Program-made: the position numbers and the translations under genes | The notes under the pieces: generated by a model | The model's database searches: none | What the model saw: the letters and a program-made list of their open reading frames with translations, nothing else | Told to the model about the DNA's origin: nothing | Shown: positions 39,968 through 51,804 of the stretch, in pieces | Numbering within the stretch: the stretch's first letter is position 1 | Layout: each line of letters begins with the position of its first letter | DNA from: Raja brachyura | Taxonomy: Eukaryota | Length of the DNA stretch: 64,000 nucleotides | Direction: 5' to 3' | Assembly: GCA_963514005.1 (NCBI GenBank) | Contig: OY740798.1 | Span: 11,222,001 to 11,286,000 of the forward strand

Positions 39968-40822
39968 ATGATGATGATACAAACGTTAGTGGTTTTACAG
40001 ATAGTGAAGAAGGTTGTGAACAATTGTAGAAGGATCTGGATCGATTGGCCAGGTGGGCAGAGGGATGGTTGGTGGAATTTAATACAGAGAAGTGTGAGGG
40101 GTTGCATTTTGGGATATCGAACAAGGGCAGGACCTACACAGTAAATGGTAGGCCTCTGGGTAGTGTGGTAGAGCAGAGGGATCTAGGAGTACAAGTGCAT
40201 GGTTCCTTGAAGGTCAAGTCACATGCAGATAAGGTGGTTAAAAAGGCTTTTAACACTTTGACCTTCATCAGTCAGAGTAAGATGTCGGTGAGACCGCATT
40301 TAGAATATTGTGTTCAGTCCTGGGCACCATGTTATAGGAAAGATATTGTCAAGCTTGAAAGAGTTCAGAAATGATTTACGAGGATGTTGCCAGGACTAGA
40401 GGTTGTGAGCTATAGGGAGAGGTTAAGTAGGCTGGGTCTCTATTCCATGGATCGTAGGAGGATGAACGGAGATTGTATAGACGTATACAAAATCATGAGA
40501 GGAATAGATTGGGTAGATGCACAGAGTCTTTTACCCAGAGCAAGGGAATCGTGGTCCAGAGGACATAGGTTCAAAGTGAAGGGGAAAAGATTTAACAGGA
40601 ATCCGAGGGGTAACCTTTTCACACAGAGGATGGTTGGTGTATGGAACAAGCTGCCAGAGGAGGTTGTTGAGGGTGGGACTATCACTTCATTTAAGAAACA
40701 GCTGGACAGGTAAATGGATCAAGCTTAGGCAAGTGGGACGTGTAGCTGGGACATTGTTGGCCGGTGTGGGCGAGTTGGGCCGAAGGGCCTGTTTCCACAC
40801 TGTATCACTCGATGACTCTATG
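39968..40822 (+). mobile_element. CR1 LINE 3' fragment, second subfamily
   Basis: ORFs 40045..40374 and 40384..40713 (RDLGV, RPHLEYCVQ, RGHRFKV, WNKLP). 3' UTR matches the reverse complement of 58403-58520. Confidence 0.93.
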
Positions 40823-41464
40823 CATGTTAGTTATAAAAGGGAGCTTGACTGGCAATGATATTTACACTGATCAAGGCATCTAAACCTAGGATTACTCATT
40901 TATTTATCAGTAATAGAAATGTCTTTATCCCGGGAGAAATAAATCTTTAGAAATCTCTGGATGAGGTGACTGAGGAGGCCAAGTTGCTGCATAAACTCAT
41001 GGACGAGATTGATACATTTTTAGATATTAAAGAAACCAAGAGATAATTTAGGAGAATGGTGTCACAATCTCATTGAATATCAAAGCAGGCATAAAGAGTG
41101 AATGGCATACACTTTCTGGGCCAGTTCCTCATCTGCTGGAATTCCCTGAAATTGATTTATTTCCTCTTTGAAAATCGCCAATGAGCTTTCCTCCACAATA
41201 CTCTAGCATAGATAATTCCAGCAATTTACTGCATACAACGGCATTTAAAAGATTCTTGGACCATTACATGGATAGGAAAGGTTTAGAGGGAAATGGGCCA
41301 CATGTGGGCAAATGAGACTAGTTTAGATAAGGCATCTTGGCTGGTATGATTAGTTCGGCCAAAGGACCTGTTTCCACACTCAATTACTCTAAGATATTCC
41401 TATATGCCAGTAAATGCCCATCTGCCCCACCCCACCACTACCTCCTTATATTTTAACCATGGAA

Positions 41465-41760
41465 ACTGGTACAGTGCGGAAACAGGCCCTTCAGCTCATC
41501 GAGTCCGTGCCAGCCAGTAATCCCCTCACACTAACGTTATCCCACACTCACTGGGGACACTTTACAATTATATCAAGCCAATTAAACTACACACCTGTAC
41601 GTCTTTGGAGTGTGGGAGGAAACTGGAGTACCCGGAGAAAACCCATGCAGGTCATGGGGAGAATGTACAAACTCCATACAGACAGCACCTGTAGTCAGGA
41701 TCGAACCTGGGTCTTTGGTATTGTTAGGCAGTAATTTTACCACTGCGCCACTGAGCCATC
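41465..41760 (-). mobile_element. HE1-type SINE
   Basis: Homologous to 12693-12925 plus 11915-11983 (tgtgggaggaaac..ggagaaaaccc..gtc..ggggagaa..tacaaa.tcca) and uninterrupted at the MITE site. Confidence 0.85.
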
Positions 41761-42406
41761 CTGTCGTATTATTGTTGGATGATGTTGTTCAGGGGCAGCA
41801 TGTAATTGAGAACCAAGAGGAATCGGTGTATACACCGATTCCTTTGAGGCTCCAGAGGTGGCTCTTTCTCAGAGAACTAGGGATGAGCAGCAAGTGAGAG
41901 TTTATCAGCATTGTCTATATTTTGAACAAATTGTTTCAATGCTAAACGGACAAAATAAATTGCTATTAATCAAAGTAATGACATTGTTGTGTTTTTCAAA
42001 GTATTTAAAGTGAATGATTTTTTTAATTCACCTCAAAAATGATCAGGTGGTGCTCCACTTTCTGAACAGTTCATTTACCTTAAAAGACAGCTGAAAACAT
42101 TTACTGCCAGAACATACTGGACTTTAAATAAATGAATATACTCAATAATTATCTGCTACATTAAGCCTTTGTAACAATTAAATGTGGTAGCTATAAGTGC
42201 ATATCCCCTTATTAATGCGTTAATAGAATTCATAAAAAAAGTTATTCCATTCTGAAGCCATTGCCAAGCCAAGTTATCCACCACAGAAAATGTAAAATTA
42301 TAGCCACCTTATTTGTATGTTCTTTTTAAAAGATATTTTCATACGCTGATTTATTATTATTGCAAGAAAGTCAGGGAAATTGTGCCATTCCTGGTTGAGA
42401 ACATAA

Positions 42407-42677
42407 ATGTTGAAAATTCAGCGGCGACCAGAAAGACGCTACGACTCTTTGGAGACCTCACACGACCATACAGGTGACCCCTGCCGACATGTTGCGGGTG
42501 ACCTCTCACGACCATAGGAGACCTCTCATGACCATACAGCCTATGGTCGTGAGAGGTCTCCAAAGAGTTGTAGCATCTCTCTGGTCGCCGCTGAATTTTC
42601 AACATGTTGAAAATTTCAGCGACCTATGACGTGTGCCGGCAGCCGCCTGTAAAGGTCACGTAAGTGGGAGAGGCCCT
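42407..42677. mobile_element. Palindromic Harbinger-like MITE with one end missing
   Basis: Right TIR agtgggagaggccct|taa resembles that of 11984-12689. An internal inverted repeat of about 60 bp pairs 42407-42470 with 42543-42605. Confidence 0.75.
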
Positions 42678-43420
42678 TAAGAAATCACTTGTCCTTAATG
42701 TCAATTTAAATCTGGGTTTGTTATCGGACATCCACCGAACTTCACTAAATCATCACAAAAACAGTTTTGGGACAGTGTAAACAAACCTCCAATTCCAAAG
42801 TGAAAATTTAAAAAAACTGTAGATCCTGGAAAAATGATAAAGTTCTGACAAAGGGTCTTAGACCTGAAACTGTAACTTTGTGTTTCTCCCGACAGATGTG
42901 ACCTGGCACTCTAAGTGCTTCCAGCATTTTGTGTTTTTATTTTATCACCCTAATTTCAAAGTTCATTTAAGAACAATTTACAGCTACTCCACTGTATCAA
43001 ATGTAAAGTGCATACTTTGTTGCTCGACCAATGTCCATGCAGGACATGGCTTATTCTGGTTTATTCTGACCAGAAGTTCACTACTCTGGTTCATACTACC
43101 CTTTTTTTCAGACACGACTCATCTCATCCCACCATCATCCTGTGCAGCAACAGTGACATTCAGTCTTTGCACTGTACCCTGCTGAGAAACATATTCAGTA
43201 TATGAAATGGTGACAACATTTTTTGCAGTTTGAAACGGCAGGGAATAAACTTTAAAAAAACCTAGAATTAATCAGCCTTTTCTTAGGCATTGTTGCTAGA
43301 AAACCATGTTGAGAAATCTCAAAATGAAATAAGCAAGTTTGCTCTAAGGAAATATGGTGTTATCACTCCTATTAAACAGAAAAGATAATTCGAATAACTA
43401 TTCCACTTAAGGAGTCTAAC

Positions 43421-43609
43421 CTGGATAAGGTATGCTGGCACAGTAATCATACAGGCAGAGAGAGATGTTCTGAGAAGTCCACGGAGTGCATAGAGAAATC
43501 TAGTGAGACTGTATGCAGATTCTGGGTTTTCATTAAGGCCAACATCGTCTCCCCATAACACTGAGCCAAGTGAGTGGATTCCTATTCGCAGGATGTTCCT
43601 CTGTTTAGT
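43421..43609 (-). CDS. ELP4: ELP4 internal coding exon (equivalent to human exon 7), 189 bp
   Basis: cctgcag|ACT AAA CAG ... ATC CAG|gttaga; [63 protein letters not shown] (inside ORF 43319..43642). Matches human [22 protein letters not shown]...[29 protein letters not shown]. Phase 0/0. Confidence 0.97.
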
Positions 43610-44181
43610 CTGCAGGAAGAGAGGTGCAAATGAATGTGACAAAACAGCAGGGGTTTGCTTACAAATGACACCCTTCCTACCCAGTTTGCATTCTAACTTA
43701 CAAGATCTACAACAGCTACTGGACAGGTGACGAGTCTTTGAAATTTCTGTCTGGACTTGCTTTCCAGCTGCCTAACGGCTCATAAAACAGCTTGTTTCCT
43801 TGGCATATCAACAGGGAAGGATACCAGTAGAACCTTAATAAGAGCTGCACTTTTGCAAAAGCCTACATAGCTGCTAGCAAAGTGCCAAGAAAGGATCAGC
43901 GTATGCTAGACTTCCAGCTGGTTTGGGCTAGGATTCTGTTAACAAAAGCTGCCTGTGGTATCACAAACGATTCATGCTACCAAAAAGGATAGCTTATTCT
44001 ACACTTTTACTTACATGGAGAGACCAGTTGCCTAGACACACAAAAAGCATTGTGTAAATTTTTGTTTGATCATAAGCGACTGGTTGTGACAAAGAGTCAA
44101 ACTGAGATAGAAATCAGAAGGAAATGTGCACAAATTAATTGCTGAAAAGGATATCCAATAAAATACACATAATTGAGCAAA

Positions 44182-44313
44182 NNNNNNNNNNNNNNNNNNN
44201 NNNNNNNNNNNNNNNNNNNNNNNNNNNNNNNNNNNNNNNNNNNNNNNNNNNNNNNNNNNNNNNNNNNNNNNNNNNNNNNNNNNNNNNNNNNNNNNNNNNN
44301 NNNNNNNNNNNNN
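44182..44313. other. Assembly gap (132 N) in ELP4 intron 6
   Basis: Run of N. Confidence 1.
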
Positions 44314-45127
44314 CTGTCTGTTTTTGACATTCCCTGCTTTGGAAAACCTGTCATCTTGCTACAGAAACAGCTAGGCACACTGTACTGTGGGAACTGTTAA
44401 GACATGCCTGTTGCCATGGTTACTACTGGGAAGGGGAGAGATGTCTGTCAGGGACCAATTTACTTCCCCAAAGGGGTTTTGCCTCCACAGGGAAAGACAG
44501 CCTGTCCAGATCTGTGTAGAAATCTCAGTAGAGATTGTGAGCTGAGCAATAACAAGCTAAATTAAGACACAAGTATTAGTAAAGCTAAAGTTGCTCTGAA
44601 GTTTTTCTTCAGTCAGAGGCTTGGACTCAGCCAATTTAGTTAACATTTTGATGAAATGGTGACTGAACAGCCTCCTACAAACTTAAATTATCAGATTTTT
44701 CTCTGTAACAAAACAAAGATTTTCTTGGTCATGGTTTTGTCAAGGCTACAAGTTTTACAACAAGGATATTTTCATTACATCAATGAAAAACGCCCAATGT
44801 AGCTTAATGTGGAGTCAGGCTAAGCCACTTTCTCGAATGGACAGCTCCTTTTTAGGTGCTCAGTGACTAATGATGCCAGAGCACACTGCTTATGCACATC
44901 AATGCTTGTACCCAATAGAGTTGAGGAAAGCTCAAAACGTGAGGCAAATGCATATTAACATACGACCCATACTCTGTCTTTGCAATGCTTGTTTACTTCA
45001 TCTATGCTTAGAAACAGCTTGTTCATTGTTGATTATTCCAAGCCCTTCCGGCTGCACCCTGGAGAGCGCTATGAAAACAACATTAGTTACTTGATTACAG
45101 AAGACACGAAGGGCTTGTGCACCATAC

Positions 45128-45212
45128 CTGGGGACTGGATCCATCAAATCCTTCCTCACGGATGACTCTCTGTATGGCTCGAAGCAGCTTGACGTAACCA
45201 AAGTTCATGTTA
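45128..45212 (-). CDS. ELP4: ELP4 internal coding exon (equivalent to human exon 6), 85 bp
   Basis: Minus strand reads tttttcatag|T AAC ATG ... CCC CAG|gtatgg, translating to NMNFGYVKLLRAIQRVIREEGFDGSSPQ. This resembles human ELP4 [24 protein letters not shown] (recalled). Starts in phase 2, ends in phase 0. Not in the ORF track. Confidence 0.95.
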
Positions 45213-45379
45213 CTATGAAAAAAAAGTGTGAAAAGGAAGTCACAAATTTAAAACATCACTTTAGCACCCTGTTGGTAGTTTTATGCTGATGAAAGATGGG
45301 ACTCAATCCACAACTTTGTACATGGCCATTCTCTATTGACAGAATCAAGGGGGAAGTTGATGAGAATGTGGGAGAAAAA

Positions 45380-45475
45380 AAAAAGAGATTCATGTAGAAT
45401 TAGTGCGTTTGGGTGATTGACGGTTGGCGCGGATTCAATGGGCTGAAGGGCCTGTTTTTGTTCCATATCTCTCTA
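45380..45475 (+). repeat. HE1-SINE / CR1 3' tail fragment
   Basis: gtagaattagtgcg..gggtgattgacggttggcgcggattcaatgggctgaagggcctgttt. Confidence 0.65.
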
Positions 45476-48399
45476 GGATTCTAATATTAAAATGCACGTC
45501 TTTTTTCCAAAACAACCCGAAGTAAAATTGTGATCTTTACCCTGTCTACATTAGTGCAGTAGAATTTCATTTATCCAAACTGAGAAACTTTCAGTTCAAT
45601 GCCAATATAGCTGACTTATGATGAGCACATAACTTATTATTAATATTTTATTAATTAATATTTTGCTTTGGGTTACAATTAGAAATGGAAAACCACCAAT
45701 CCATTAGATGAAAATGAGGGTATACTTTGTATGGACCCAATATGAATCTATTACAGATTTGTTATAAACAAATTAAAAACTAGCCAAAGTGTTTTTAATA
45801 TAACTTGTGGACTAATTACGAAGATTTGCCTAAATTGGCAGTGCTCAGATTTTAGTGCAATACAAAATACATGTATTTTGCCTTCCATCGGGTTTCTGCA
45901 GTACTAGTTCTATTTATAATCAGTGGTCCCAAGCCAGAGCAAAATCTTAATTTCATTCTAAACTGCTTAAGTGAAAAATAAACCAAACTAATAAATTGAG
46001 TTCACAGCACAGCCGTATAAATAAAATGCACCCTGGGAGGCAGCATTCATTCGCTTGTATTAACTACCTCAGTGACCTGACACCATATGAAAGGGATATT
46101 CTGCAGAGACAAGGATGCCTTAATTATGTCAGGCTCACTTACCTCCTAGAAAATTAATGATTTAATGAAGCAACTTAAAAGATGAAACCACTACAGCATT
46201 TCTGTGTTAAATCATAGATTAATTAACATATCGTTAATGAACTGCCACAGCAAGCACACCTGATCAAAGTCCTAGTCACCTGAGCTTGTCTTGTTGAAAA
46301 TTTGCAATTTTAATAAAAACATTTTGCAAAATGTTTTTTCCGCATCAATAATAAACTTGTTTGTGCCAAAATATGTTATTGTTCTAGTCAAGAAAATAAA
46401 AATAGAGTGACATGCAAATATCCATTTTAAACCACATCCAGGTGAAGGTCAGTGGAACAAAAATGAACATTAATGGAGAAAGATTTGCTCCAAAATTTTA
46501 GATGTATAAAGTTAAACAACTTACATATTATAACCTGATGTATAAAGTAAACAACAGATGTCATATAACACTTTTTTTAAAGTGTAAAACAAAGAATCTA
46601 TGCTAAATAGAACACAGTAAATGAAGTGAAAAAAAATATTTCATAACTAAATGATTAAATAGCTCAGACAAAAAGCACAAATTAATTTCTGCCATCTTGC
46701 ATGTGTAAACATATAGCAGGCTATGTCATTCAGTATTTATTGTTCTATTTAACGTGACATTTCATTAGTTTAAAATATATTTTTGTCAGTTCCATGCCCC
46801 AAGAACTATCCATTACTTTTGAAGTGAGGAGAAACTTAAAACCTTCAAATGTGTGTACAGAGAAAATAGTGAACATGATTAGGCTAAGATAGTAACATGT
46901 AACATGTGGAAATAGCAGAAATATTTGCTTAGTTCTTATCATTCTTGCAAAATAAATCTGCCCTTTCGTTCGCTTGACAATGATGTTCTCCCCCAATCTT
47001 CTTCACACTCATCAAGCAGATATCAAAAGTTGATGGTGTTACTTAGATTAACAGACCCAAGGTGAACATAAAGGACACGATAATGTTTCAAACGGATTTA
47101 CAAGAAAAAAACGTCAATCATTGAGAAGCTTATGTTTTCACCTCCATTTGCCCAAACGATAACATTCCAATTACCTGTGAAAGAATTTCATTGAGATGAG
47201 GTCTGATCAGAAATGAACAGCCACTGCAGTTTGGTTATGAAAACTAAAGAGCCAATTCAAATTGATCTAAAAATACCGTGCCAAAAGTCTTGGTTTGCAC
47301 TGTACAATAAGCCTGTGCTAAGTAATAAATCATGCAAGTTAGGAATCCTGAGGTTCTTTAGATTAGATAATCATTATTTAAAAACTGTTAACCAATTAGA
47401 AAATCAAATCAAGAGATCAAGTGGAGTTGAGCCTGCGTACTAATTATCTAGAAATTACAATATTAAGGTGGGCGTAGGTGTGTGAAGGGAATCAACCCAT
47501 TTAGAGGAGGACTAGCATGAAACTATTCACCTTGCAACACGGATCCTCCGGAAACATGGTCACTCCAACTTCAATCACTGAAGTGCAGCGAGTAAGTAAA
47601 GCAGGATTATGCACAAACTTCAAGTTATTGTCAACTGGATCACTGAAACATACAGAAGAATAAGTCCTATACTTAACATATGTAAAACAAAGATCTTCTA
47701 CTAAACTGCTTCTTTGTATAACATTACCCTTCAATAATAAAGGTGCATACTAAAACCCTGAAAATACACCTTCCCCATATCGTAGGAGTCATTTCCCAAT
47801 GAATTCAGACACTGATGACAAACTGCACTCGCATTGTTTTTGGACAAATAAGGAAAGGAGTGTTTGAGGTTTAAGACCTCTAAGCAAGCACAAAATATAT
47901 AGCCTAGAAGACAGCAGTGATCTGACCTCCTGCGTGCTTTTAAGATATGGATACCTATAGTAGGTACCAAAGATACCATCAATGCTGTCTTGTGAAACTT
48001 CACTGGCATGTGAAGCAATCCAATGTCAGCATCCTATCCCTGATCAACATCCCCAGCATTGAGGTCCTAACTGCATTTGATTCTGAAGGGAAGGTCCCAT
48101 TGTTCTATACCCGGCACCACGCTTCTGAAACAGTCTACACTAAACATGATCATGGAATGAGATTACTAGCTGGATGAAGAAAAAAAAAAACAAGAATAAT
48201 TATCTTTGAAAAATACGGTGTATATTAATCTTAGTATTTTCTGTTATATAACATAATTAATCAAAAATGCAATAGCATCCCCACCAACCTTTGTGAATCC
48301 CTGTCCTATGGTTATTGAAAATGGAAAAACATTTATTATAATACTGAAAACCATTGCATAAATGTGGTGTATGCAAGTAGGGTACTAGTTCTCATCACC

Positions 48400-48935
48400 T
48401 CTGCCTGGATAGTCTGCAATCAAAAGGCATGAAGAACGTATTCTTCAACTTCAGGTAACCCACTTCCTCTCAGTCTCTTTCTGTCTTTCGTATCGATCAA
48501 TTTAGCCCTTTCCAATCACCCAGTCAGCCTCCATTTACTTTATTTCCCCTCCCCCAAACTTATCACCTACACATTGTTCCCACTAGATCCCCTTCTCTCC
48601 ATCCATTGTTCCAATCTGCCCATCTCTCCCTTATTAAATTTAACTCTTCCTTTCTAAAACACCATAATCTGCAGCTCTTCGTTACCTTCACTTATCCACT
48701 CCCAGCCTCTGTCAATGTCTCCACTTTTCCCTCCCCACTTGACTCCATATGCCAATTAGCCTCTCTTCATTAGGAACCACCAATCGTTTGCCAGCTCTTG
48801 CAAAATCCTCCACCTCACCTCTTTATACTGTTCATCTTCCCCCTACTCTTTCAGTCCAGATGAAGGGTTTTGACTGTCCATTTCCCTCCACAGATGCTGC
48901 CTGACTTGTGTTCCACCAGCAATTTGTTTTTTTCC
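48400..48935 (+). mobile_element. Old Penelope-like 3' fragment
   Basis: Pyrimidine-rich tract ending in ttcagtccagatgaaggg...cacagatgctgcctgac. Confidence 0.6.
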
Positions 48936-49565
48936 TCACACACTGCATGCATCTCCTAAACCAAATGCGGCATAGATTAAGGGTTCCACAATGGCTTCAT
49001 CAGCATCTCAGAACCGGTGTGGAAGCAAGTTAATCTCAGTCTTGGGGGACTGTTTAAATTAATGACCATCGGGTCTTCTGATTAAAAAAACTGTTAAGAA
49101 AACTGCATGTTATATGTACCTATGTTTGTTGAATGTTTTTTTTTTCAATCCTTGTTCTGAGAATAGTTACCTTCATCACAGATATCCAATTTGTTAATAC
49201 CCATTGCATCACCTACAAAACAAGACTATATCTACTTAAAATCACTTATGTGAATTTAGTGCATCCTTAAATGGATGCCTTGGAGTGGGTTAACAAAGAA
49301 TATCAGTTGCACAATTGTTGTAAACAAAATTGAATTTGTTTGAAATCAAATGAAATTGGAAGTAATTGTTCAAAAACAAAACTCCATCAAAAGTTTAATT
49401 ATATCAAAAGTTATGCTTAAAAAAATAATGGCAGCAATAGCCTTATGTCGACTGGATACCAATAGCTCTGATTTCCAAAAAATCAACTGATGAACATGAA
49501 GACAGAATAGCAATAAATGTTTTTTATTTTTTATTGCTGGTGATTCAGAATAATTATGCTATGTA

Positions 49566-49980
49566 TCAAAAAGGCTTTTGGCACATTGGCCTTCATGAGT
49601 ATTGAGTATAGAAGTTGGGAGGTCATGTTGCAGTTGTTTAAGATGTTGGAGAGACTGCACTTAGAGTATTGTCTTCAGTTCTGGGTACAATGTTATAGGG
49701 AAGATATTGTCAAGATTGAAAGGGTTAAGAGAAGATTTACGAGGGTGTTGCCAGGACTAGAGGGTCTGAGTTATCGGGAGAGGTTGAGTAGGCTGTGTCC
49801 CTATTCCTTGGAGCGCAGGAGCATGAGGGGTAATCTTAAAGAGGTGCATAAGATCATAAGAGGAATAGATCGGGTAGATGCACAGAGTCTCTTGCCCAGA
49901 GTAGGGGAATCGAGGATCAGAGTACATACTGTAAAGGTGAAAAGGAATAGTGTTCAAGGTGAAAAGGAAAAGATTGAATT
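49566..49980 (+). mobile_element. CR1 LINE fragment
   Basis: KKAFGTLAFMSIEYRSWEVMLQL..HLEYCLQFW..FTRVLPGLEGLSYRERL, the first half of ORF 49556..50269. Confidence 0.9.
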
Positions 49981-49984
49981 GGAA

Positions 49985-51265
49985 CTAGACTATGTGGGAC
50001 CCGTTGGGTCCCTGTCACACGGAAGGCCTGGTCCCCCAACGCAACCTGTTCCCCAATGCAATATTCCACCGCTCACCCGTTCCCCAATGCCACTCGTTCC
50101 CCCAACGCAGTATTCCACCACTCACGCCTATCCTCCTCCCAGCAAATTCACCCCTCCCTGTCCTCCTCTCCTTCTATTCCCCCCCCCCATCCCACCATGC
50201 CGATCACCCCGGACCCCTTCTACCCCCCTCCATTCTAGTACCTCTCTACCGCACTCCCTCCCTCCCTAATGCACGGGTGCAGTGCATTAGGGCCGCTCCT
50301 GGTGTCCGCACCCACAGGCAGGAGCCGCTGGAGCGCTGCCCGTCCCGGGACCCGCGGTGTCCCTCGCCAGCGGGTAGACAGCGGGGTGTGGCGCTGCCGG
50401 CCCCCATCTCCCTCCTCCGCATTTCCCTCATACTCCTACCCTCACTCCCATTCCCTGCCCCAGCACCTACCCAGGTCGTAGAGCAGTAGCAGGGTCTGGA
50501 ACTCGGCCTGGTTCTCGTACTCGGCCCGGCCCTGGCTGTAGTTGGCCGAAGCACATGCGGACCTGGGCCTTGATGGAGCCGGGTTCGCTGTGCCGGGGGC
50601 TGGGTGAGGGTGGCTGCCCGCAGAGCAGGAAGCGAAGGCTGTGCTGCAGGATGATGGCGGCTGGGCGGCCCCCGATGCGCTGGTATACCTTGAACCAGGC
50701 CCCGGGCTTGGGCACGACTCCAGCCCTCAGCTCGGCCGCCGCCTGGGCTCTAATCCAGGCCCCGACTTCATCTCCGGGCTCATCCCTGACCCCGGACCCA
50801 GGCTCTTTCTTGCTTCCTGCCTCGGCCCAGTCCCCGGGCTTGTCCTTGGCTCCAGTTCGGGCCCAGTCACCAGGCTCAGCCTGCTGCGCCACCCACCCCA
50901 CCAGGTACTGCACGGCCGCTGCTCCTCGGGCGTCAGCGCCACTCTTTCATGGCGAACTCCAGACGATTGACAGTGGACGCGGCCAATCAGTGCGGCGACG
51001 CCCCTGCCTGATTGACAGGAGAGGAGACCAATCTGCATGGCGGTGACGAAAAGCAATCTGCGCATACACAGTTTTTACTATTTTTAAACCTTAATAACTT
51101 TTACAATATACCATCGATCAGAACTAAACTTGTTGCACTCGCAGCACAGAGGAACGGTGAGTAAGCTGGCGAAAAATCATAGCGCTATTGCGTACCGTTT
51201 TTGCACAAATAGAAAAACCATACATACCGGAACAGCACAAAATCATAGTTTTATTTATGTATAGA
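49985..51265 (-). mobile_element. Non-autonomous Helitron, 1281 bp
   Basis: Minus strand: host A|TCTATACATAAATAAAA (5' TC) ... hairpin gggaccc-aac-gggtccc (50012-49996), 7 nt, CTAG|T host. A|T insertion site, no TSD, no TIR, no RepHel ORF. Confidence 0.9.
50471..50962 (-). pseudogene. SAC3D1: Captured, internally deleted SAC3D1-like exon fragment inside the Helitron
   Basis: Colinear peptides across frameshifts: AMKE, AAVQYLVGWVAQ, WFKVY/QRIGGRPAAIILQHSLRFLL/CGQP, KAQVRMCFGQL, YSQGRAEYENQAEFQTLLLLYDLG, then gtaggt. Compare recalled human SAC3D1: AVKEY, [45 protein letters not shown]. Confidence 0.8.
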
Positions 51266-51427
51266 TATTTTTCAAGGTACATTATTTTGAATAATTTTGT
51301 ACAAATAAGTATTTCAACAGAGGAAATACCAAAAGTATTATATGTTTCTCACAGATTAAGATAAAATCTCTCAAAATATGACTGCTTTCCAGCAACCAAC
51401 TAGTAATTAATTCTGCACAACCCTGCG

Positions 51428-51700
51428 TTAGAACATAGAACAATACAGCAGAGAAACTGGCCCTTCGGCCCACAATGTCCTTGTCAAACATGATTTCAAG
51501 ATAGACTAATCACATCTGCTTGCACATGGTCCATATCCCAGAATACTCTACATATCCATGTGGCTATCTAAAAGCCTCTTAAACCTTTTATATCTGCCTC
51601 CACTATCACTTCTGACAGCATGTTCCAGGTACCCACCACCCTAGTGTAAAAAAACAGCCCTGCACATCTCCTTTAAACATGGCCCTCTCATCTTTAACCT
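51428..51700 (-). mobile_element. Old CR1 3' tail
   Basis: tagaacatagaacaatacagcagagaaactggcccttcggccc...ttccaggtacccaccaccct. Confidence 0.8.
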
Positions 51701-51804
51701 TTCAGTACTGATTCCACTATGCATCTAAGGTACAAAACCTGCCTTATAATATGCATAATAGTACCATCTTGGTAATTCACCTTCTAATAACGACTGGCTC
51801 GTTA

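Noticed and set aside
49556-50269. 237-aa ORF with a proline-rich tail
   Set aside because: Accidental read-through from a CR1 fragment into the C-rich antisense strand of the Helitron.
50269-51065. CpG island or promoter of a real host gene, and the several overlapping ORFs there
   Set aside because: It lies wholly within Helitron termini. Plus-strand ORFs are antisense shadows of GC-rich cargo, and the sense frame is broken by deletions.
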